The position numbers and the translations under genes were made by a program. This document shows positions 40,223-49,769 of a stretch of 64,000 bases of DNA, piece after piece. The DNA lies in NCBI GenBank assembly GCA_040260805.1, contig JBDQPD010000003.1, positions 1 through 64,000 of the forward strand, in the 5' to 3' direction. The stretch's first letter is position 1. Each line of letters starts with the position of its first letter. This DNA is from Myxococcota bacterium (GTDB lineage: Bacteria > Myxococcota > UBA4151). Under the pieces are notes generated by a model. That model ran no database searches. It worked only from the letters and a program-made list of their open reading frames with translations, and was not told the DNA's origin.

Positions 40223-40993
40223 TTAGGGCAAACTTTGTCGCTCCAGCAAGACAGCAGCGAACTCTGCAAAGCCCTCGCCGCGTGCCTTTGTCGTTATATA
40301 GGCCGGGGCTTCGGGAAGTTCCGAAAAGTCACGAATGTTGGCCACCCCTACACTGAGCGCCGCAATGGCGAACAAAGGACCATCATTTGGTGAGTCACCG
40401 ATGTAGGCAAGCCGGTGCGTATCGAGATCATAATGCGCTCGCAAAACCTGCTGCAACCCGCTCGCTTTATCCCACTCGCCAAACCAACCGTTCACATGAA
40501 TCGATGAGACCTTCGCTTTAGCACCTTGCTCGGCAAACTCATGAGCCAGCGCCTCCGCCTGACGAATGGGGAATGGGCCGACCTCTTCTGCAAAATCAAT
40601 CGCCAGATCAAAGCGACGACAGAACTGATCACTCGCGACTTTGAACTCCGGAAACTTCTGCAGCAAATGCTCCGCTAATGCGTCCAGCTGCCCAGGCGCA
40701 GGCGGGACCCCCAAATCTTGGCGCTGCACCAAGCGACCGCTTCGCTTGAAAAACAGCGCGCCGTTCTCGCCCAAGACTCCATCGACCGGCCACGTTCTCG
40801 CGATCATATCGCACCAACCAGCGGGGCGTCCGGTCACCGCTAACAAGCGAAAACCCGCCTCATGAAGGGACCACATGGCTGCATAAGCTTCAGCGGTCAC
40901 GCGACCGTCTGTAGTGATCGTGTCATCGATATCAAAACCGACGGCACGCACGCTGTGCCATAACTCGTCAGGGATCTGCTCTATGGGTTTCAT
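40223..40993 (-). CDS. HAD superfamily (IIB) hydrolase
   Basis: FDIDDTIT, VTGRPAGW, ENGA, SSIHVN, DK..G, IGDSPND. Confidence 0.9.
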   Translation of the reverse strand: MKPIEQIPDELWHSVRAVGFDIDDTITTDGRVTAEAYAAMWSLHEAGFRLLAVTGRPAGWCDMIARTWPVDGVLGENGALFFKRSGRLVQRQDLGVPPAPGQLDALAEHLLQKFPEFKVASDQFCRRFDLAIDFAEEVGPFPIRQAEALAHEFAEQGAKAKVSSIHVNGWFGEWDKASGLQQVLRAHYDLDTHRLAYIGDSPNDGPLFAIAALSVGVANIRDFSELPEAPAYITTKARGEGFAEFAAVLLERQSLP

Positions 40994-41062
40994 AACTGGC
41001 CCATACGATGGGCGCGCTCAGGCAACAAGAGGGTACAAACAGGTCGATAATTCGGCGCTAAA

Positions 41063-41128
41063 ATCAAAGCGCTACTTTACGATCAAAACCGATAAATATA
41101 CATCAAAGTCCGGAACAAATGTCCGGAA
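41063..41128 (+). promoter_or_regulatory. Direct-repeat array upstream of the Xis-like regulator
   Basis: ATCAAA at 41063, 41082 and 41102; GTCCGGAA at 41108 and 41121, in an AT-richer divergent intergenic region. Confidence 0.45.
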
Positions 41129-41691
41129 AATCCGATATGAACAAAAAAGCGCTGCTAACAGTTCGTGAATACGCTGAAGAAGCTCGAGTCACCGAGCGCA
41201 CCGTCAGGCGCTGGATCACCGAGGGCCGACTGCGCGCCATTCGACAAGGGAAGAAGTACCTAATCCCGCGTGAGGAGTCGGCAGGTTCACTCCTCGGCGA
41301 CTACAAACGCCCTAGCCTCCCCGGTGCCGCCAAGCCGGTCGGTGAAGGTGCCCTGCGTTATTTGCTCTTTTGGATGTGTGATGCCTGGGTGGATGGGAGC
41401 GCAGCTCAGCGCGCCTTTTACCAAGAAGACAGCGAAGGCGCTGAGCGTTACTTTCAAAATCTCGTTGCGGAAATTGATCACGAAGCCAGCGATCACGTGG
41501 ACACTGAACTCGCTCTTCGGCTGCGATTCGTGGCTCGCGACCTGCTCACGCGGCTCAACCAATCCTTCGAGCGAGCCGAAGCGGTTGCTTCTGATCCTGC
41601 GCTCGCCGAGACCACAACACCAACTCAACAAACCACCCCGCTGCAGAGCAACGTCCATGAAACAATGCCTTTATCCGGCGGTGAATCATGA
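41119..41691 (+). CDS. Excisionase/MerR-like (HTH_17) DNA-binding protein with an unknown helical C-terminal domain
   Basis: LLTVREYAEEARVTERTVRRWITEGRLRAIRQGKKYLIP. The start may be ATG 41137. Confidence 0.85.
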   Translation: MSGKSDMNKKALLTVREYAEEARVTERTVRRWITEGRLRAIRQGKKYLIPREESAGSLLGDYKRPSLPGAAKPVGEGALRYLLFWMCDAWVDGSAAQRAFYQEDSEGAERYFQNLVAEIDHEASDHVDTELALRLRFVARDLLTRLNQSFERAEAVASDPALAETTTPTQQTTPLQSNVHETMPLSGGES

Positions 41692-42683
41692 ACCTAATAC
41701 GCCCTGCCCACCCCAACGACCTTGACGGTTTATTTGGGCTCGCGGAACACCTCAACACGGTCAACTTACCGGCCGATGAAGAGCGCCTGAGTGAGATGCT
41801 CGAGGACAGCGTCAATCAATTCGAGGGTTCAGATGCTCCTGATCAAGCGATGATCTTCGTGCTTGAAGATGGGCAAGGTGCGCTGCGCGGCTCAGCGACG
41901 ATCATCGCTCGCCACGGTTCGCCGCAAGCGCCTCATTGTTTCTTCGATGTGATTGATGAAGAGCGCTACTCTCCTCGTCTTGACCAGGTGTTCCACCATA
42001 AAGTTTTACGGCTTGGAACCAGCTTTGTGCCCCGCACAGAGATCGGCGGGCTCGTGCTGGACCCCAGCCTTCGCGGTCAGGGCCTAGGCCGGTTCCTAAG
42101 CCTGTGCCGGTTTCAGTTCATAGCCGCCTACCGTGAGCGGTTTTGTGACTACGTTTTAGCCGAATTGCTTCCTCCTTTTGACGAGGACGGCAATTCTCCT
42201 TTGTGGCACGCCTTAGGGCAGCGCTTCACCGGACTCACCTACCGAGAGGCTGATCGACTCAGCGGGCAAGAAAAAGAATTCATTGAGGACCTTTTTCCCC
42301 GCTCCGATCTCCATGTCAGCCTGTTTAGTCGAAAGATCCAGTCGGTGATCGAACAAGTCGGTCCAAACACTAAAGGCGCGCTCAAGCTGCTGCTCGAGCA
42401 GGGCTTCTTTTACACCAAGCGAATCGACCCATTTGATGGAGGTCCTCATTACCGGGCAAACACTGACGAGATCGCCTGTATCCGATCAACCCGTGCGCTT
42501 CGAGCGAGAGCTGGCCAGGGCCACGGCCAAGCGATGGTTGGCGTACAGACCAAAAATGCGCGCGATTATCGAGTCTGCTTAGCGCCTGTTAACGCTCAGG
42601 GTATGCAGGTTGATACCGATCAAGAAACGCTTGATCGGCTTGGCGTTGAAGCCGGCGAAGACCTACTCGTGACCGTGATCTAA
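41688..42683 (+). CDS. astA: Arginine N-succinyltransferase
   Basis: IRPA..DL..L..LA...T.NLP, FVLED, TEIGGL.L.P..R, LS..RF.FIA, G.SP.W..LG..F, IDPFDGGP. Confidence 0.9.
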   Translation: MNLIRPAHPNDLDGLFGLAEHLNTVNLPADEERLSEMLEDSVNQFEGSDAPDQAMIFVLEDGQGALRGSATIIARHGSPQAPHCFFDVIDEERYSPRLDQVFHHKVLRLGTSFVPRTEIGGLVLDPSLRGQGLGRFLSLCRFQFIAAYRERFCDYVLAELLPPFDEDGNSPLWHALGQRFTGLTYREADRLSGQEKEFIEDLFPRSDLHVSLFSRKIQSVIEQVGPNTKGALKLLLEQGFFYTKRIDPFDGGPHYRANTDEIACIRSTRALRARAGQGHGQAMVGVQTKNARDYRVCLAPVNAQGMQVDTDQETLDRLGVEAGEDLLVTVI

Positions 42684-42753
42684 AGAAGGCGACACGGCTG
42701 GGGTTGCCGACGCCAATTGCACTGCCCATAGTGCCGCCGCAAGGAGCACCAAA

Positions 42754-44205
42754 ATGCACAAAGGTAGCTTTATCGCAGGACGCTGGGACCAGAGCGGTCG
42801 AGCGGTTCTTGAGGTCACCAGCCCGATCGATGGGCAATGCGTTTTTTCTACGCCCTACGATCCCGATCATGCCGATCAAGCGATCGCAGCTGCCCGCAAG
42901 GCCGCGCCAGCTTGGGCAGCCCTATCCAGAGCCCAAAGAGAACAGGCGCTTAGACGAGTCCAAACCGAACTCGCTGCGCGTCAAGAAGCGATCGCCCAAG
43001 CGATCACTCGAGAGATCGGCAAACCCCTCTGGGAGGCACGCGGTGAAGCCAAAGGTCTCGCCCCGAGAATTGATCTGACCTGCGGAAGCATCTCCGCTGA
43101 TGTGGCCGATTGGGATCTTCCCAATGACGCCGGGCGCGGGCGTTACCTCCCCTTAGGAGTCGTCGCAGTCTTAGGGCCCTTCAACTTTCCTGCGCACCTC
43201 GCCAACGGGCAGATCCTACCCGCCTTGCTTCTCGGGAACACGGTCATCCTCAAACCCAGCGAAAAGGGTGCAGGCGTGGCGGCCTTATACACCGAGGCGA
43301 TGGCTGCAGCTGAGCTACCACCTGGCGTCTTTAACTTGGTCCAAGGAGACGCAAGGGCTGGCGCCAAGCTGACCGCAGACGAGCGCGTCGATGGGCTATT
43401 GTTCACCGGCTCAACACGGGTCGGTAAAATGATTCTAGCCGCTACCAACCAAACCCCAAACAAGCTCGTCAGTCTTGAGATGGGGGGGAAGAACGCAAGT
43501 CTTGTCAGCGAGGACGCCGAGCTTGTAGGCTGCGCAAAAGAGCTGCTTCACGCCGCTTTTATTACCTGTGGTCAGCGCTGCACAGCGACCAGCCAGGTCT
43601 TTGTTCATCATTCAAAAATTGACGAACTCGCAGCCCTGCTCAAGCGCGCGCTTCCGAAACTCCCCGTAGGCAATCCCTTCGACGATTCAACCTTCATGGG
43701 TCCGATCATCGATGCCTCCGCCAAGGCGCGACTCTTAGGGCTCAACGAATTGTCAAAGTCAGCAGGCGTTGAGACCCTATGCGCAGCGACCGACCTGGGC
43801 GGCACTGGAAATTTTCTGACGCCTTCATTGCGGGTGGGCGACTGGGCTGATCACGATTATTTTACCAACGAACACTTCGGACCCGACCTGGTGTTGATTC
43901 CGATTCAAGATGACGACGAAGGCTTAAAGCGCATCAACGACCTCGAATATGGTCTGGCCGCGGCCGTGTTTTGTGAGGACCAAAGTCGTTTCGATGTCTT
44001 GGCATCGCGGCTGCGCTGTGGTGTGGTTAACTGGAACAGAGGCACCGCTGGAGCCACAGGGCAGCTTCCTTTTGGGGGTTGGCGTAACTCTGGAAACCAC
44101 CGACCTGGCGCTCTTTTCGCTGGTCGATTAGTCACCGCAGTCCAAGCGCGCTTGCATCATGGCGGTTCGGTGTCAGGATTTGTCGAGGAGGCAATGAGAT
44201 CATGA
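42754..44205 (+). CDS. astD: Succinylglutamate-semialdehyde dehydrogenase (ALDH family)
   Basis: EIGKPLWEA, VLGPFNFPAHL.NG, KPSE, LFTGS, LEMGGKN, AFIT.GQRCT, PFGG...SGNHRP. Follows astA. Confidence 0.88.
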   Translation: MHKGSFIAGRWDQSGRAVLEVTSPIDGQCVFSTPYDPDHADQAIAAARKAAPAWAALSRAQREQALRRVQTELAARQEAIAQAITREIGKPLWEARGEAKGLAPRIDLTCGSISADVADWDLPNDAGRGRYLPLGVVAVLGPFNFPAHLANGQILPALLLGNTVILKPSEKGAGVAALYTEAMAAAELPPGVFNLVQGDARAGAKLTADERVDGLLFTGSTRVGKMILAATNQTPNKLVSLEMGGKNASLVSEDAELVGCAKELLHAAFITCGQRCTATSQVFVHHSKIDELAALLKRALPKLPVGNPFDDSTFMGPIIDASAKARLLGLNELSKSAGVETLCAATDLGGTGNFLTPSLRVGDWADHDYFTNEHFGPDLVLIPIQDDDEGLKRINDLEYGLAAAVFCEDQSRFDVLASRLRCGVVNWNRGTAGATGQLPFGGWRNSGNHRPGALFAGRLVTAVQARLHHGGSVSGFVEEAMRS

Positions 44206-46571
44206 AGCAACTCGGCCTACTGCCTTTACGTAACGACGTCTTCTTCCCAGGCGCCGTTTTACAGCTCACGGTCGGGCGACCGGCGTCGGTCGCCCTGATC
44301 AACGCCGTCCAAGAAGGCTCGATCGAGCTCGGTGTGCTCTCGCAGCGCGACGCCTCGGTCGAATCGCCGACTCGAGAAGACCTTTTTGAAGTGGGAACCT
44401 ACGCTTCGATCATCTCGGTCATGCAGACCAACACCGACCGCTTCCAGGTCATGGTTAAGGGGCTGACTCGGTTTCGCCTCGAGACGCTCGATGAGTCGGG
44501 AGAGTTTTTGCAGGCTGAAGTAGAGGACCTGCCCTCAAGCGAAGAAGAGAGCGAAGAGCTCGATGCATTGGTCGCGATGGTTCGAGAACAGAGCCTGACC
44601 TATGTCGCATTGAGGCCTGACCTGCCCGAGCGCGCCCGCACCGTTCTTGAGGGCATCCGCAACCCCGGGCGCCTCGCTGATGTGATCGCAGCCCACCTCG
44701 AGATTTCGCTTGAGCCGCGTCAAGAAGTGCTGGCTACGGCAGATGTCGAAGAGCGGCTCCAGCTCGTCCTTCGACTGCTCAACGAGCAATGCGAAGAGCT
44801 CAAAGTCAGCTCTCGGATCCAGCAAAACTTAGACGATGAGCGCAGCCGGCACCAACGAGAGCAGTACCTGCGGCACAAAATGCGAGCGATTCGTGAAGAG
44901 CTTGGGGATGACGACCCTGACGAGAGCTTCGCTGATCAGATTGAAACCAAACTCCACGACGGGCACTTCCCAGAAGCCGCCGCAGAGGCTGTTAAGCGTG
45001 AGCTCAATCGACTGCGGGCGATCCCGAGTCAAAGCGCTGAGTATACCGTGGTTCGTTCGTACTTAGAGTGGCTTGACGCGGTGCCGTGGAATGAGATGTC
45101 AGAGGACCGGATTGATCTCGAGGGCGCGGCAGCCATCTTGGATCGCGATCACCACGGAATGGATCGCCCGAAAGAGCGCCTGCTCGAATTTCTTGCGGTC
45201 CACAAACTCAAGACGCACCTGCGCGGGCCGATCTTGTGCATGGTCGGACCGCCGGGCGTGGGTAAGAGCTCTTTGGCGCGCGGGATGGCTGAGGCGATCG
45301 GGCGAAAGATGATCCGAATTAGCCTTGGCGGTGTCCGTGATGAGGCTGAAGTGCGCGGTCACCGTCGCACCTACGTCGGCGCCCTACCCGGTCGCTTGAT
45401 CAAGTCTCTGCGCCAGGCAGGAACCATGAACCCTGTGATCGTCCTTGATGAGCTTGATAAGCTCAGCTCGGATTATCGCGGCGACCCCTGCGCAGCCTTA
45501 CTTGAGGTGCTCGACCCCGAGCAAAATGACGCCTTCGTCGATCACTACCTCGATGTTCCTGTCGATTTAAGCTCGGTCATGTTTATTGGGACAGCGAATA
45601 CGCTGAGTACCATCCCAGCGGCGCTCAAAGACCGGCTCGAAATCATCGAGGTGAGCTCGTACACGGCGATGGAAAAAGAGGCGATTGCGCGCAAGCACCT
45701 GCTACCACGCCAGGTTACAGAGCACGGCCTCGAAGACGACGACCTCGTGATCAGCGAAGAGGCGCTGAAGGGCGTGATCGAACGCTACACTCGCGAGGCA
45801 GGCGTTCGACAACTCGAACGAGAGATAGGCGCCCTTTGCCGCAAGTCGGCGGTATCAAAAGTTCGAGAAAACTCGAAACTATCGGTCGAAGACAAGGACC
45901 TTGTGGACCTGCTTGGAGCGCGTAAGTTCCTGCCAGAGGTCGGCGGACAAAATAGCATGCCAGGTATCGCTATCGGTCTGGCATGGACCGCTGTAGGCGG
46001 AGAGATTCTGTACATTGAATCAACCGCTATGCCCGGCAAAGGGAAGGTCCGACTGACGGGCAGTCTAGGCGATGTGATGAAAGAAAGCGCCGAGACAGCG
46101 ATCGCTTACGTTCGTGCGCATGCGGTGGCCCTTGGTCTGCATCAAAGCGCAGACAAGCCCCTACTCCATGACACCGATCTTCATATTCACTTCCCGGCAG
46201 GCGCAACCCCTAAGGATGGGCCCTCGGCAGGCGTCACCTTGCTCAGCGCGATCGTGTCGCTCTTGCGCGGGGTCCCGGTTCATTCAGGGCTCGCCATGAC
46301 CGGTGAGATCTCATTGCGCGGACGTGTACTGCCGGTGGGCGGAATCAAAGAAAAAATCCTGGCAGCGCATCGGGCGGGGCTGACCACTGTTTTGATCCCT
46401 CACCAAAATGAGAAAGATCTCAAGGATGTCCCCGACGAGGTCTTGGGCCAGCTCACGATCCATTTGGTCGAGCGCATGGAAGAGGTCATCGGTCACGCTT
46501 TTGATGCCGATGCGCTCCCGACCATCCTCGCCGAAACCAAACTGCGTGAAGGTGCTCAAATCGACCAATGA
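44202..46571 (+). CDS. lon: ATP-dependent Lon protease (paralog 2)
   Basis: [49 protein letters not shown]. Confidence 0.97.
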   Translation: MKQLGLLPLRNDVFFPGAVLQLTVGRPASVALINAVQEGSIELGVLSQRDASVESPTREDLFEVGTYASIISVMQTNTDRFQVMVKGLTRFRLETLDESGEFLQAEVEDLPSSEEESEELDALVAMVREQSLTYVALRPDLPERARTVLEGIRNPGRLADVIAAHLEISLEPRQEVLATADVEERLQLVLRLLNEQCEELKVSSRIQQNLDDERSRHQREQYLRHKMRAIREELGDDDPDESFADQIETKLHDGHFPEAAAEAVKRELNRLRAIPSQSAEYTVVRSYLEWLDAVPWNEMSEDRIDLEGAAAILDRDHHGMDRPKERLLEFLAVHKLKTHLRGPILCMVGPPGVGKSSLARGMAEAIGRKMIRISLGGVRDEAEVRGHRRTYVGALPGRLIKSLRQAGTMNPVIVLDELDKLSSDYRGDPCAALLEVLDPEQNDAFVDHYLDVPVDLSSVMFIGTANTLSTIPAALKDRLEIIEVSSYTAMEKEAIARKHLLPRQVTEHGLEDDDLVISEEALKGVIERYTREAGVRQLEREIGALCRKSAVSKVRENSKLSVEDKDLVDLLGARKFLPEVGGQNSMPGIAIGLAWTAVGGEILYIESTAMPGKGKVRLTGSLGDVMKESAETAIAYVRAHAVALGLHQSADKPLLHDTDLHIHFPAGATPKDGPSAGVTLLSAIVSLLRGVPVHSGLAMTGEISLRGRVLPVGGIKEKILAAHRAGLTTVLIPHQNEKDLKDVPDEVLGQLTIHLVERMEEVIGHAFDADALPTILAETKLREGAQIDQ

Positions 46572-47005
46572 GAGTCGTGATTCAACGGGTCACGCATGCT
46601 CGAGTTGAGGTGGATGGTGAGATCGTCGGAGCGATCGATAAAGGGTTGATGGTCTTGGTCTGCGCCATGGACAATGAACGGGCAGACTTAGAGTCCTGGG
46701 CGAAGCGGTTGTGCGGCATCCGGCTCTTTCCTGACGCCTCTGGAAAGATGAGTGAAGATGTCCAATCGGCTGGTGGAAGCCTTCTGCTGGTTCCGCAATT
46801 TACGCTAAGTGCCGACATGAAAAAGGGCTTAAGACCGAGCTTTGGTCGCGCCACCTCCCCCACCCTAGCGGCAGAACAAATCGCCCGACTTGCTGCGCGC
46901 TGTGAAGCGCTGGGCGTGCGCACTCAAACCGGTCGCTTCGGAGCCGATATGGCCGTTCACCTGACCAACGATGGCCCGGTGACAATCTTTATGGATAAGC
47001 CTTAA
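46568..47005 (+). CDS. dtd: D-aminoacyl-tRNA deacylase
   Basis: [36 protein letters not shown]. Confidence 0.95.
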   Translation: MRVVIQRVTHARVEVDGEIVGAIDKGLMVLVCAMDNERADLESWAKRLCGIRLFPDASGKMSEDVQSAGGSLLLVPQFTLSADMKKGLRPSFGRATSPTLAAEQIARLAARCEALGVRTQTGRFGADMAVHLTNDGPVTIFMDKP

Positions 47006-47067
47006 GATTCCACAGCTAGAGGGCCCGTGGCGGCCCGCGTCTGGCGACTTTTCAACAGGTGCTCAAC

Positions 47068-47083
47068 TGTTCCACGTGGAACA
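47068..47083. promoter_or_regulatory. parS centromere-like site
   Basis: Perfect 16-bp palindrome TGTTCCACGTGGAACA matching the bacterial parS consensus, about 640 bp upstream of parA. Confidence 0.93.
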
Positions 47084-47148
47084 TATTATTTTCGAAGCAC
47101 GGGACGAAGGCACTTGTCCCTCTACGGGCCTGTGGGCATGAGCGACAC

Positions 47149-47727
47149 ATGCTGCGCGTCACGAACCTGACCCTAAAGACCGATCACCGAGCGATGCTGA
47201 TGCGCCTCGCCTCGCTTCTGGGCACCTGGAACCAGGCCCATAACCTAGTCAGTCGCCAGCTCAACGAAGACCAGCTCTTGGATCTACTCTGGGAAGCCAC
47301 AGCCTTTGAGCAACTGCTCCCTCTCAACGCGTCCATCGTCGACCTAGGTAGCGGCGCTGGGATCCCCGCTTTACCCCTTGCGCTGGTCCGACCAGATCTG
47401 ACCATTGAAGCGGTTGAACCTCGCGAGAAGCGCTGCACCTGGCTACGCTTTGCCAGCACCGAACTCGGTTGTAAGATTAAGGTTTCTCAACGACGCTGGG
47501 ATCCCCAATGGGCTCATTTTGATTACGTCGTGAGTCGTGCCGTTTTCCCGCCTGAAACCTTCTGCGACTCAGTCGGGGTGCTCGCACCCAAGAGCCTCCA
47601 AATGACCGGTGAATCGGCGAGCGAAGACCAACGCTCCGTTTATCATGTCTTGCGCGGGCGCGAGCGCGTTGGCCTCGTTCTTGCTGGTAGCGAGGTGGGA
47701 CCAATGAACGGAGAGCCGGCGCCATGA
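47149..47727 (+). CDS. rsmG: 16S rRNA m7G527 methyltransferase RsmG (GidB)
   Basis: WNQAHNLVS, IVDLGSGAGIP.LPLA, EPREKRC..L, DYVVSRA. Precedes parAB. Confidence 0.88.
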   Translation: MLRVTNLTLKTDHRAMLMRLASLLGTWNQAHNLVSRQLNEDQLLDLLWEATAFEQLLPLNASIVDLGSGAGIPALPLALVRPDLTIEAVEPREKRCTWLRFASTELGCKIKVSQRRWDPQWAHFDYVVSRAVFPPETFCDSVGVLAPKSLQMTGESASEDQRSVYHVLRGRERVGLVLAGSEVGPMNGEPAP

Positions 47728-48548
47728 TTCTAACGATCGCCAACCAAAAGGGCGGGGTGGGTAAGACCACGACAGCAGTCAATCTAGCGGCTTCGCTAGC
47801 AGCCGCTGAACGCAAAGTCCTTTTGGTTGATTTCGACCCCCAAGGAAACGCCAGCTCTGCCTTTGGTCTGCAGCGACGCTTCGGGGACCCCCAAGTCTAC
47901 CATGCGCTCATGGGCGAGCTCCAAACCCATGACACGATCCTGGCCACCGAACTGCCTGGACTAGACCTCCTGCCCGCGGGGCAGGACCTCATCGGGGCAG
48001 AGGTCGAGCTGGTCCACACGCCGAGTCGCCACGACCGCCTACGCAGTCTGCTGGCGCCGCTCAAAGGCAAGTATGATGAGATCATTATCGACTCACCCCC
48101 AAGCCTGGGTCTGCTGACGCTCAACGCGCTGATCGCTTGCGACCAAGTCCTGGTCCCACTTCAGGCAGAGTTCTATGCGATGGAGGGCTTGAGTCACCTG
48201 CTTGAGACGATGGATCAAGTCCGCTCAGGCTTTCATGCCCCATGCCAGCTCGCTGGCATTCTCCTGACCTTAGTCGACCGACGAACCCGCCTTGCTGAGC
48301 AGGTCTGCGCTGACATTCGAAGCTATTTCGGAGAGAAAGTACTCCACACCGAAATTCCTCGAAACGTTCGCCTAGCCGAAGCACCAAGCCACGGTAAGCC
48401 GGCTCTTCTTTACTCGATAAAAAGCGCTGGCGCTCAAGCATACCTGCAACTCGCCGCCGAAATGATTGAAAGGAATTCCCATGAGCTCGTCTCGATTGGG
48501 CAAGGGCTTCAGCGCCCTAATGGGCGATCGACCCAGTTCGGAGTCTGA
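47724..48548 (+). CDS. parA: Chromosome partitioning ATPase ParA/Soj
   Basis: ANQKGGVGKTTT, DFDPQGNA, IDSPPSLG, IPRNVRLAEAPSHG. Confidence 0.97.
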   Translation: MILTIANQKGGVGKTTTAVNLAASLAAAERKVLLVDFDPQGNASSAFGLQRRFGDPQVYHALMGELQTHDTILATELPGLDLLPAGQDLIGAEVELVHTPSRHDRLRSLLAPLKGKYDEIIIDSPPSLGLLTLNALIACDQVLVPLQAEFYAMEGLSHLLETMDQVRSGFHAPCQLAGILLTLVDRRTRLAEQVCADIRSYFGEKVLHTEIPRNVRLAEAPSHGKPALLYSIKSAGAQAYLQLAAEMIERNSHELVSIGQGLQRPNGRSTQFGV

Positions 48549-49389
48549 AGCGATCAGCGCACCTGCGCAAAGCGCCTCAGGCGCCTTTGCTGAGCTGTCG
48601 CTTAAAGCGATCCAAGCGGATCCCGACCAACCCCGAAAATTCTTCGCTCCTACCGAAATAGCGAGCCTAGCTGAATCGCTGCAAACCCACGGCTTACTCG
48701 AGCCGGTCGTCGTCCACCAGCTCGCTAGCGGAAGCTATCAACTGATCGCCGGCGAGCGCCGCTTACGCGCTGCGACCCAGCTCGGCTGGAGCACGATCCC
48801 AGCGGTCATCCGCAGCGCCCACGCGCAAAGCAACCTGATCTTAGCGCTCGTTGAAAACCTACAGCGAGAGGATCTGACTGCGCTCGATGAAGCGCATGCT
48901 TATCACCGACTCAAAGAAGACCACCAGCTCACGCAGGATCGAATTGCCCAACTGGTCGGCAAGCGGCGTGCGACCGTGGCCAACGCGCTTAGACTCTTAA
49001 GTCTCGGCGAGACCGCGCGCCACGCACTCAAAAATGGATTGATTGATAAAGGGCATGCGCGGGCATTGCTCGCGATCTCCGACGCTGAAACCCAAGACCT
49101 GGCGGTGACGCGTTGCGTCAAAGAAGGCTGGAGCGTTCGGGCTACCGAAAACTTCGCAAAAAAACAAAAGACAGGCCGCTCAGGCGGCTCAGAATCCACC
49201 AAGTCAACAAAAGCCAAGTCAAACGAAGACTACTCGGCTCTTTCTTCCGCAATCGGCTTAGAGGTCAATCTGAGCGGTCGCAAAATTACACTCAATGCCA
49301 GCAATCGCGAAGAGGCGCGTCTTTTTCTTGCCCGATTGACGCGGATGGTGCGGGGTGCACAAGGCATGGATCAGAAGGGATCATCATGA
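48481..49389 (+). CDS. parB: Chromosome partitioning protein ParB
   Basis: RLGKGFSAL, QPRK.F, LIAGERRLRA (CTP-binding motif), ENLQREDL, HTH R.TVAN.LRLL, GHARALL. Confidence 0.96.
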   Translation: MSSSRLGKGFSALMGDRPSSESEAISAPAQSASGAFAELSLKAIQADPDQPRKFFAPTEIASLAESLQTHGLLEPVVVHQLASGSYQLIAGERRLRAATQLGWSTIPAVIRSAHAQSNLILALVENLQREDLTALDEAHAYHRLKEDHQLTQDRIAQLVGKRRATVANALRLLSLGETARHALKNGLIDKGHARALLAISDAETQDLAVTRCVKEGWSVRATENFAKKQKTGRSGGSESTKSTKAKSNEDYSALSSAIGLEVNLSGRKITLNASNREEARLFLARLTRMVRGAQGMDQKGSS

Positions 49390-49769
49390 CACAGATCACG
49401 CATACGCTTCTCGGCCCCGACGCCAGCTTCGAAGGTAAACTCGAATTCGAGGGCGATGTTCGCATCGATGGTCGGTTTCGCGGTGAGATCGTCAGCAATG
49501 ACCGTTTGATCATCGGCGAAGGCGCTGTGGTGTACGGAAACCTGCAGGTCGGCACCCTAGTGCTCAATGGTAACCTTGAAGGTCAGATTCACGTCCGCGA
49601 AAGCGCCGAGCTCCAGGCAGGTCGCTTGGTTGGCGAGCTCTACGCTGGCTCGCTCCAGGTTGCCAAAGGCGTGATTCTCGATGGCGTGGTCCACATGCTC
49701 AATACACAGCCCAGCGAACAAGCCGTCCAGCATCCAACTCATGAAGCGCTAGCGGCTAGCGATTACTAA
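49386..49769 (+). CDS. Bactofilin (polymer-forming cytoskeletal protein)
   Basis: TLLG....FEGKLEFEGDVRIDG.F.GEI.S...LIIGEGA.V.G beta-helix repeats. ATGA overlap with parB. Confidence 0.92.
   Translation: MTQITHTLLGPDASFEGKLEFEGDVRIDGRFRGEIVSNDRLIIGEGAVVYGNLQVGTLVLNGNLEGQIHVRESAELQAGRLVGELYAGSLQVAKGVILDGVVHMLNTQPSEQAVQHPTHEALAASDY

Noticed and set aside
41119..41691. Excisionase-like gene as evidence of a prophage/ICE
   Set aside because: No integrase, att repeats or phage genes; it is translationally coupled to a metabolic gene.
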